DNA of 31,543 bases. Source: Ginkgo biloba. Its lineage: Eukaryota; Plantae; Ginkgophyta. Of the stretch, positions 21,950-31,543 are shown one piece after another. How positions within the stretch are numbered: the stretch's first letter is position 1; each line of letters opens with the position of its first letter. The stretch spans positions 11,524,736-11,556,278 of the forward strand of contig JANKJI020000001.1 in assembly GCA_024626585.2 (NCBI GenBank). Reading direction: 5' to 3'. The notes beneath the pieces were generated by a model. It worked only from the letters and a program-made list of their open reading frames with translations, was not told where the DNA came from and did no database searches. Position numbers and translations under genes: made by a program.

Positions 21950-24900
21950 GATATTTTACACATAGGTCTGACCAAAGAGACTAACTATTATAACTTTTAA
22001 ATATGGAAGAGACACCTCTTGATAACCTTATTGTGTTTGAACCATCAATTTTCAATAAGGAGATCTCTATTGTATCAAATATATTCCATATCATGGTGCA
22101 TGTAGTCCATATAAAATTATGGAGGTGAATTATTGATGAAGGTTATAAAATCTCAATAATGTCATAATCTACTTTTAATACCCTAGGATTTTCTGACATT
22201 AGTCCTAGTTCTTACATAATTAATGCTTGGGATAATACCTCAAGAGATCATTTTGGTACCCTTAGGATTTTACCAATTAATTTTGAGGGTAAGATAATAT
22301 TTATCAATGTGGAATTCACTAAATTGACCTTTAATATATTATACTTTAGGAAGAAATTGGATCATCCCCATGATAGTAGTTATGCCATCATTATATGGCA
22401 TGATTAAATTTACTTTTAATATAAGAATGATGAAAATAATGATAATATCAATTATAACTCTCATGTTCCATTCATTGGCATTCAACTAATCTCTTCTCGA
22501 CCACAAGTCATTTTGGTTCATAAGTGGATATTGATCCTCCTAATAGACACCCACATCTACATTATATGATACTTTGATAGTTTTGGTTCAATAATCTATA
22601 CTGAGTAACATTGAGATATCCTTATAATTTGGTCCTAGACTCACCAAGTTTCCTCCTAATTTTGATTTCATGATTGGATATTTTCTTAGAGATTCTCTAA
22701 AAGAGGGTCCTTAGTCATGCATGGTGTGTTTGTAGATATTGATTAATCTCCTACCTTCGGGAATTTTTAAAAATAATAGGAAATTCCTTGACTTTATATA
22801 TATAAATGAATATTAATAGAACTAATATCATCATTATAACAATCAATCTCATTATATTTCATCATAAGGAATACTTTCCTTCTTCTCACCTTCCCATGAG
22901 CCCATATTTTATGTTAAAAATAAGAGTGTCCTTCAACCTGACATTTAATCCAAGGAAGAAATTTACCTCATGTTGTTGCTACCTTTAAATATGTTAATCC
23001 CATTAATATTAGTGATAATGGACCCATTAACATTTACAAAACTAACAATCTTGTATATATTCCTATTGGAAATTATTATACTCACTAAGAGGAGGAATAA
23101 TTNNNNNNNNNNNNNNNNNNNNNNNNNNNNNNNNNNNNNNNNNNNNNNNNNNNNNNNNNNNNNNNNNNNNNNNNNNNNNNNNNNNNNNNNNNNNNNNNNN
23201 NNNNNNNNNNNNNNNNNNNNNNNNNNNNNNNNNNNNNNNNNNNNNNNNNNNNNNNNNNNNNNNNNNNNNNNNNNNNNNNNNNNNNNNNNNNNNNNNNNNN
23301 NNNNNNNNNNNNNNNNNNNNNNNNNNNNNNNNNNNNNNNNNNNNNNNNNNNNNNNNNNNNNNNNNNNNNNNNNNNNNNNNNNNNNNNNNNNNNNNNNNNN
23401 NNNNNNNNNNNNNNNNNNNNNNNNNNNNNNNNNNNNNNNNNNNNNNNNNNNNNNNNNNNNNNNNNNNNNNNNNNNNNNNNNNNNNNNNNNNNNNNNNNNN
23501 NNNNNNNNNNNNNNNNNNNNNNNNNNNNNNNNNNNNNNNNNNNNNNNNNNNNNNNNNNNNNNNNNNNNNNNNNNNNNNNNNNNNNNNNNNNNNNNNNNNN
23601 NNNNNNNNNNNNNNNNNNNNNNNNNNNNNNNNNNNNNNNNTTACATCCTTTAGGATGGCTAGCTCATTCATTACTTCCTATAGAGAATTTTCCATAATAG
23701 AAAGTCTAGTGGTAGTAATAAATAATATTTTCTTGATGAGGCGATGTAAGTTTTTCTTGCCTTAGAAAGATGATAAATATTTTAATTCAATATGGTAAAA
23801 CTCCTTCCCTATAGTGGTTATACAACTTGTTGGTTAGTTTTACATGGGGGATGCATGAGAAAAGAGCTTAAAAATGCTAAATTTCTTTGGATAATATTAT
23901 CCATGAGGGCTATGAGGGTCTGAAATACATATGGAACCCATTCACATGTAGGAGTTTTTTAATGATATGAAATGGTGGTGTATTAGGGATGGTTTTGAAA
24001 TGATTAAGTCCATCATGGTGTTATATGTATCCAAACTAGTTGATATGTTCATCTTGATGTTGGCTAAATAATATTCAATTAGGTTGTTAGCCCAAGGCAT
24101 TTGCTTGAAGGTCACATGATCAAAGGATCTTATAAGGTTTTAGGATTAATTAAGGAGGTCCTTGAGGTACTGTGAGAATTTAACCTAGGTCTTAAAAATT
24201 TAGTTAAGGAATAGAGTCGATTCCTCCTATAAGAGGAGATTTCTTATCCCCATATCTTTTGAGAGATTTATCCCTCTCATTATAACTGCATATTCTGCAA
24301 AGTTGTTTATCAACTTGCCAAGTCTACAAGCAAAAAGGTTCACTGCAAGTAGAATTAATGGAAAAGAAACTTTAGGCATAGGAAGGTCCAACAAACATAG
24401 TGAAGGAGCACCTAAAAACAAAACCCAATGAAATGAAAATAGCACTTTCTCTATCAATACAAAAAAAATATGTTTTGCTACAGTTGTTGAATATGCTTCC
24501 AATATTCCATAGAAAAATGTTAGGGCATCAAATGTTAGATTTAAGTATCATTTTTAGTTTTTTAACGATTTGGAGATGGCTCCAATAAATTTGTCTTTTA
24601 GATAACTCTTTAAAAGGAAAGAAAAATAATAGGGAAATATATATCCTTGTGATATATTCTTAGAACATTAATGTTCCCCAAATGGATAAAAAANNNNNNN
24701 NNNNNNNNNNNNNNNNNNNNNNNNNNNNNNNNNNNNNNNNNNNNNNNNNNNNNNNNNNNNNNNNNNNNNNNNNNNNNNNNNNNNNNNNNNNNNAGCCATC
24801 CTCTCGGTACAAGTACTAGCCTCCCTCATGAGGATCGAAGGCACATCAGACTCTTAATATAATTCTCTATAGAACCATTGATGAGAATATAAGAGATTAG

Positions 24901-25374
24901 AATATAAAGAATTATTTTCCATTGTGGTCATATCAACTAACTTCCAAATTTGTAATAGGCTTCACCCCATTTTCACTTATCTATGAAGGAAAAGGAGTAC
25001 TTTCCATTGAAGTTAAAATATCATTGATGAGGATAAAAATTTAAATCTAATTATATCCTATAGAGGATTATGTAGTTAGACTTTTAAAACATGAAGATCT
25101 TGAGGAAGGTCATCTTGGAGCATTATAAAACCTTGAATCATATACAAAGATAATCAAAGCATCTTAAAATAGAAAAGTGGTTCCTTGATCATTTAAAGAA
25201 GGTGAACTAGTCATATATTTTAATTAAGCTACCAATAAAATAGGTCCTAGATAGATTAATGCCTATTGGTTATTTTTTATCATCATTAATGAAGTCTTAA
25301 CAAGATGTTATTACAAGTTATCACATATGGATCAAAATTTGTTTTCCAATACAACCAATGGGAGTTCGCTCAAA
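21950..25374 (+). mobile_element. Decayed Ty3/gypsy (Tat/Ogre/Athila-like) gag-pol relic
   Basis: Protease-like IIDEGYKISIMS*STFNTLG (~22129-22188), LGRNWIIPM...MIKF (~22346-22412), integrase C-terminus GFTPFSLIY...VLSIEVKISLMR (~24958-25032), SFKEGELV (~25189), PTNG-like end (~25352-25374). Confidence 0.8.
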
Positions 25375-26026
25375 ANNNNNNNNNNNNNNNNNNNNNNNNN
25401 NNNNNNNNNNNNNNNNNNNNNNNTTCCCCCTTGTCTAACTTCTCCCATTTATTTATCAAATATTTAAAGAAGGGGGTAGTTTTATTCACTTTTATATAAC
25501 TAATTTAATATGTTCCATATTCAAAATATTTGGCATATTATTTATCTAGATTCATTTATATACTTGTGCATTAATATGATCCATAGTTATTTAAGATGCA
25601 TATATCCATAACATTATATAAATTCAACAAAACTAGACTCAAAATGATATATAATAAGTTATAACATGTATACAAAATGGAACAACAAACTAGAATTATT
25701 ATCATATACATCAAAATGGTACAAATGTATATCAATATATAAAATATACACGAGTCATGATATGGTATGTATGATAAGAAATACCTCTTAGTTATCCTTA
25801 AAACATAAAATATGAACATAAAAGTAAGAGTTAAATATATACATAACCACCCCTAAGGAATCTACCTAAACTTAGTACAATTTGAGTGACTCTCCTTAGT
25901 TCATTAGGATCCCTCCTATCTATAGACCATAAAGGTAAGGACATGGCACCTATGTCATGCTCCCATAGCTCCCTCTATGATGTGCGATCCTAACTAGAGG
26001 GGGCTAGTAGATGGTCCTATGGATTC

Positions 26027-26051
26027 AAGCCTATTGGGGGCTATGACCAAA
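26027..26051 (+). repeat. 25-bp exact match to 10010-10034 (dispersed repeat, probably LTR-element derived)
   Basis: aagcctattgggggctatgaccaaa at both sites, with looser similarity ~25 bp upstream (gctagta...ctat); both lie at or near gap edges. Confidence 0.85.
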
Positions 26052-27504
26052 NNNNNNNNNNNNNNNNNNNNNNNNNNNNNNNNNNNNNNNNNNNNNNNNN
26101 NNNNNNNNNNNNNNNNNNNNNNNNNNNNNNNNNNNNNNNNNNNNNNNNNNNTGAGAAGAAATTTGGATTAGAGTTGATGAAAATAAAAAATACTATTATC
26201 ATTAAAATTTATCTCAAAATGGATCCATTTATACCATTAAAAGGGAAAATTAAAGAAAATTATATTTTTCCCATAAGTTAATGAAAAAAATATTTTTAGA
26301 AGCCAAATTTTAGACTATATCATACTGACATCTATCTCCATAATCTCTCTAAAAATAAGGTCCCGAATCTACNNNNNNNNNNNNNNNNNNNNNNNNNNNN
26401 NNNNNNNNNNNNNNNNNNNNNNNNNNNNNNNNNNNNNNNNNNNNNNNNNNNNNNNNNNNNNNNNNNATAACAGTCTAGATAAGGAAGGATAGAGGACAAA
26501 GAGAATAGGGAAGTTTATTTTGTTCCCCTAGAAAAGATTATCTATCTTGTAAGACTCTTTTTATCTCTAATCAAAGAGAGAAATATGATCAAGAATATAG
26601 AGAAGGTTGAATTTAGGAAGAGAACTAAATTAGCAAGAGAGAATGCAATTGAGAAAACTAATTGAGAAGGACTAAATTAGAGTAAGTTCTAGATAGAGAA
26701 AAATATAGAGGATCCCATGAAATGTAAGAACTTAGATAACTGAGACCAATTTTATAGAATTTATGGGGAATAAAATCTTATACTTATTGTGTAAATCCTT
26801 GTGATATGTGACTCAAGAATAGAGGCATAAACACAATATGATGTAATCCTTTGATGGGTTTGTCATTTTAATGAATTTTGGAGTTTTTATACCCTAAGAG
26901 GGTTTTCTCCAATTAAAAACATGTTGTCTTTTGTGTAATAATTTCATGTGGTCTTTTAATTATTTTAGTTCCTAAATGTTATGGGTTTAAGTGATAATAC
27001 TTCCTAAAATTTACAAACATAGAATTTATTTTGCAGAATCTATTATAGTGCCATTAGGATATTTTGACTCACCCACTANNNNNNNNNNNNNNNNNNNNNN
27101 NNNNNNNNNNNNNNNNNNNNNNNNNNNNNNNNNNNNNNNNNNNNNNNNNNNNNNNNNNNNNNNNNNNNNNNNNNNNNAAACCATTGTGATCGATGGTATA
27201 GATCACCCACTTGAAGTAACATATGGGAATATAGAATCCTTGGATAACTTTGTAGGTGGAGACATAGGGTTTTAAATAAAGGGACCTTATTAAGATTTTG
27301 CCAGATTTTATTCATAGTGATTAGGAGGACTTCACTCCTCCTATACTAGTGAATATTTCACAAGTGTTGGAAGAAATAATTAAGTATTATATTATTCCTC
27401 AAGANNNNNNNNNNNNNNNNNNNNNNNNNNNNNNNNNNNNNNNNNNNNNNNNNNNNNNNNNNNNNNNNNNNNNNNNNNNNNNNNNNNNNNNNNNNNNNNN
27501 NNNN

Positions 27505-27960
27505 CCAGGAGACTTTGTTTGTGTTGCGAGGGGCACAGGCTGATAGTGACGCCCACGATGCATCGCTGTCGTTTTGTTCGACCATGGCTTTCGTCTGGTA
27601 GATAACCATCAACGCGGGCCCATTTCAACCAATGTATTTCGCTCGAAAGACAGATTCATGGTGTAGAGTTTCGAGGTTATCGTCTGCGACTGTTGTTTGT
27701 TCCATCGCCATTCTCAGAGTAACATCAACGTCATTCTCTTGACAGAATGCATTATGTCTCGAATGGTGAAATTCCGATGGAAATTACACGAGAATGCAAA
27801 TGAAGACTGGTTATTAGTTATTTACTCTGAGTTTTGCCATGTTGCTCTGTGAAGAAGGATTTTTTGGTTCATCAGAAAGGTTATATTAATTTAGTTTTCT
27901 GAGAATTTGGGGCATTGATCATGATAGAGAGCCTCAATTTCGGCTAGGTTGCGGTAGAGC
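27505..27960 (+). other. CpG-retaining genic segment; candidate first exon and intron of the NRL gene
   Basis: High CpG content relative to the flanks. FARKTDS-TG|GT at 27638-27662 resembles the NRL exon-1 end (FxxxxxSW, phase-2 intron) and is followed by T-rich intron-like sequence. Confidence 0.35.
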
Positions 27961-28030
27961 ACACATCTACCTATTGCAAACTGCGACCAAATCTATTCCG
28001 TTGAAAACAACATTAGTAGANNNNNNNNNN

Positions 28031-28507
28031 TTGTCAAATATTCAAAGTAAGCAGATTACTGCGCCGTCTCAAGCAGGCGAGCAGCAGGCGCAGGATCAGA
28101 AGCAAATGCCAATGGACTGGTGGTTTGAGGATGTGTGTATGCTGGACATGGATTACTTCGTAAGAACAATTGCAGCCATCAAGGCCAAGGGAGTCAGACC
28201 AGACTTGATAGGTGGCATAATCTCTCATTATGCAATGAAATGGCTACCGGGGCTTATACAAGAGCAAGAAACCTCTACAAATTTGCTGGAAAATCATCCA
28301 GATGGTAAAGAAATTGGGGACAAAATTGAAAATTCAGGAAGCGAGAGTTTCACAAGTGTACAGCGCAAAAATAAATTCCTACTGGAAACTCTAGTGAGCA
28401 TTCTTCCGGCGGAAAAGAATGCTGTGTCTTGTAGCTTTCTTTTGCGTCTCCTTCGTATGGCAAACATAGTGGGGGGCGATACTGTGTACAAAATGGAGTT
28501 GGAGAGA
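28031..28507 (+). pseudogene. NPH3/RPT2-like (NRL, BTB-NPH3 family) coding fragment, 3'-truncated
   Basis: DWWFEDVCMLDMDYFVRTIAAIKAKGVRPDLIGGIISHYAMKWLPGL...LLETLVSILPAEKNAVSCSFLLRLLRMANIV...ELER is the N-terminal half of the NPH3 domain (starts at 28115). Homology ends at 28507 with no GT donor; the expected RVGxQLEQA is absent and a stop follows at 28561. Confidence 0.85.
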
Positions 28508-29394
28508 CTCTTAAAGAGGCAATGGATAATTCAATCCTTGGGATTATTGGTGAAGGGATGAAAGGTGGTGATGATAAGTATGAGTCACACAATGGCCTAG
28601 GAGGTCCTCTTAGAGATATGTATTTATATTTTTAATAATGACATTCCTATCGTTTATATCTTACTCAAGTTTGATGCATGGATTGCTAATAATTATAATA
28701 TGTATATGTGTGAAGATACTCAGATGATACTAGTAGTACAAGAAAGATGGANNNNNNNNNNNNNNNNNNNNNNNNNNNNNNNNNNNNNNNNNNNNNNNNN
28801 NNNNNNNNNNNNNNNNNNNNNNNNNTATAGGGTTGTCAACCTCAGTAAGTCTATTTACGTATGTGTTTGCCACATATATAAAGGCATGCAATCAATATGA
28901 GTCTAGTTGTGAGGCACTACGATATGAGGTATCACATACGAGAGGGAAAGTTGATATTCTGATTCAGATGGATGGCCTTCCTATTGGATCAAGTCAGAAT
29001 CAAGCATCTCATAGTATGGTTAGGGGGATATTGAATTATAGTAGTCAGGAGAAACATCATTATGAGGGGGTAGGAGAAAGTGGCTTGAGCCACCCATGCT
29101 ATGGGTTTATGATGTATATATGTAAATTTATATATTATAAACTAAATTATTGATATCTCATCATATTTTATGTAGTAAATATTTTTTTTCTATATACATG
29201 TATATACACTTTTGTAGATACATATACACATACTTTCATATTTTATGTATTTTTTTAAATGTTATACATATTTATATATTTTTGTTGATTTTTCTATTAC
29301 GTTGAAAACTATATACATGTGTATACAAGGCATGCCCCCTATTCTTGTAAAGATAATACATCTTAATATATTGTGAGTTGACCGAATTTTGAAA

Positions 29395-29975
29395 TTATCA
29401 TCCATCAAGGGTGGTGATGTGATAGGCTATATTTTGTAGGCCTTCGAGGACAATAAAAGGGCTTATCCATTCCAGGATGAACTTTCTAATTTTGTCAAAC
29501 AAATATTCCATCTTATGGAATTTATCTTGAATTAGGAATTTTTTATGCTTGACTTTATTTTTGTAAGTAATATGACTTCTATTCTTATATGTATCTAAGT
29601 GTTGGCACAAAAGGATCCTTTTCTCATCGATTTCTTCAAGATGAGCTAGTTAAGAGGATTTAAGTCCTTCATAATCAATAATATTTTGAGTGGAAATTAT
29701 AATAGAATATATTTTTATCTTTAGGGGAAGGATCATTTCTACCCCATAAATAAGGGAATAAGAAGTTATTCCTATAGGAGTTCAAATGGATGTCTAATTT
29801 TCCCACAAGGTGGGGAAGATTTTAAGGTTCTAGTCATAAGTGGATTGGTGAACAATTATTTTTAAAATATGAACTAAGGTCTCATTGAAATAATCATCTT
29901 GTACATTAGCTTATGGATAATATCGGGAAAATTTTTAATGCATAATTAATAATTTTTTACAAATCTCGTCGATGT
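29395..29975 (-). mobile_element. Ty3/gypsy integrase C-terminal relic (copy A)
   Basis: Minus strand: FNETLVHILK.IVHQS (~29890-29840), a decayed LW...TP motif and ...AYHITTLDG (~29427-29401). Confidence 0.75.
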
Positions 29976-30075
29976 NNNNNNNNNNNNNNNNNNNNNNNNN
30001 NNNNNNNNNNNNNNNNNNNNNNNNNNNNNNNNNNNNNNNNNNNNNNNNNNNNNNNNNNNNNNNNNNNNNNNNNNN

Positions 30076-31543
30076 GCAAGAATGAAGAATGGATCTAACT
30101 ATTTTGGGATGAATTTACCTTTTTTATCAAATAGGTAATCCAATTTCAAGACCATATCTCCTACTAGGAATATTTTGTACCTTACTTTTTTATCATAAGC
30201 AAGGAAAACCAATTTTTATAGGCCTCTAAGTGATTATGGGAAAGAAGTCTCTTTTCATCAAGATCTTTAAGTTCTGCCAGTCAAGAGGCTTTGAGCCCTT
30301 CATTGTCCATCAAGTTTGAGTTGAGATTTAAAGGGAAGAGATCTCAATTTCAAGATGGAGAACAACTTCTACCCCATTAAAAAGTGAGAAGGGATTCATC
30401 CCAGTTGGAGTTCAGATGCAATTTTGATACACCCACAAGGAACAAAATACTTTTATGTGCCAATCTCAATTGGATTGGTTGACAATTTATTTTAAGATGT
30501 GGACCAAAGTCTTATTGAAACCCTCAGCCTAACCATTGTCTTGTGGGTATTATGGTGCCAAAGTTTGATGTTTAATTCAAAATTTTTAGCAAATTGCATC
30601 AACATGTTTCTTACAAAATGATTTCCCATTGTCCGTTATGATAACATCAAGAATGTCAAAGAGGCATATGATTTTATTAAAGATTAACATAGTGATAATG
30701 TATCCATCTATATGCAAATGGGATGGATTTATCCCACTTAGTGAAATATTCCATGGTCATGATAATGAATTTATGTTGGATGGAAGAGGGGGCATTGATA
30801 GTGCCAATAAGCTCTATCCCCCATTTTGAGAATGGCCATGGAGAAGAAATATTTTAGAGGGACTATGTGGGTGCATGGAACATGTGTGAATGCTCTTGAC
30901 ATCTATGGAATCTATGTACATAATCATGTGCATCTCTAAATACATTTGTCTTGCAATACCCCATTTAGAGGATTTTTAAATCAGTAGGTTTCCCACCAAA
31001 ATGACCCCTAAATATTCTTTCATGCGACTCACACAAGATTTTTTAAGCTTCTACGGGGTTAAGAAATAAGAGTAAGATTCCATTTAAATACCTTTTGTAA
31101 ATATAATTTCCAAGTATAACATGCTCACGTTCCATGGCATGAATCCATTTTTTTGTTTAGAGGAGGTCATTTGTGGGTATCAATATTCAAGGTATGAAAT
31201 GGTATCCTTATACCACTCATGATTAGAAATATCTCTTTGGTCAACATGGAAGATATTTTTATCTTGCAATGATTTGTTGATAGGTTTTTTCTCATCATTG
31301 GACAGAGATAAGTCTACCTAATATTTGATGATGATCATTCCCTTTTTCTATATTTTCTTACTATAGACATATAAAAATCTTGTAATAATATAACCAGTCA
31401 TAAAACCCTCTTGGTATGATACAATTAGTGGATTCAAATGAGTGTGCATATTAGTATGGGCATTGAATAGGTGTTGTTTAAGTTTGTTAGCTACGAAAAC
31501 TAAAGAAAAACATTATTTTTCAACAAGAACATAATTCAATTCA
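30076..31543 (-). mobile_element. Ty3/gypsy RNaseH-integrase relic (copy B)
   Basis: Minus strand: ESHERIFRGHFGG (zinc-finger His, ~31030-30992), HRCQEH (~30910-30890), YPQDNG*AEGFNKTLVHILK (~30549-30490), LWVYQNCI*TPTGMNPFSL. Confidence 0.85.

Noticed and set aside
28833-29153. 106-aa ORF after the NPH3 fragment as its continuation
   Set aside because: It lacks NPH3 C-terminal motifs (DLLIP, DGLYRAID) and is probably repeat-derived.

Overview
AT-rich, heavily gapped eukaryotic scaffold from a large-genome land plant. The TE types, the CpG/CHG-eroded retroelements and the apparently very long intron suggest a gymnosperm (inference only). The key feature is an intact, spliced coding exon (2348-3030, +) for MurA (UDP-N-acetylglucosamine 1-carboxyvinyltransferase), the first committed enzyme of peptidoglycan synthesis. 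It has cyanobacterial-type motifs, an ~89-aa N-terminal extension resembling a plastid transit peptide, the catalytic Lys/Arg/Cys residues, and a GT donor at 3031. This is a nuclear gene for plastid peptidoglycan synthesis. I could not find the remaining MurA exons in the following ~28 kb. That stretch holds a degenerate ~175-290-bp tandem repeat, decayed Ty1/copia, Ty3/gypsy and possibly LINE relics, many N-gaps, and a truncated NPH3/RPT2-like (NRL) gene fragment at ~27.5-28.5 kb. Upstream of murA are a G-box-rich promoter and the possible 5' end of a divergent minus-strand gene.
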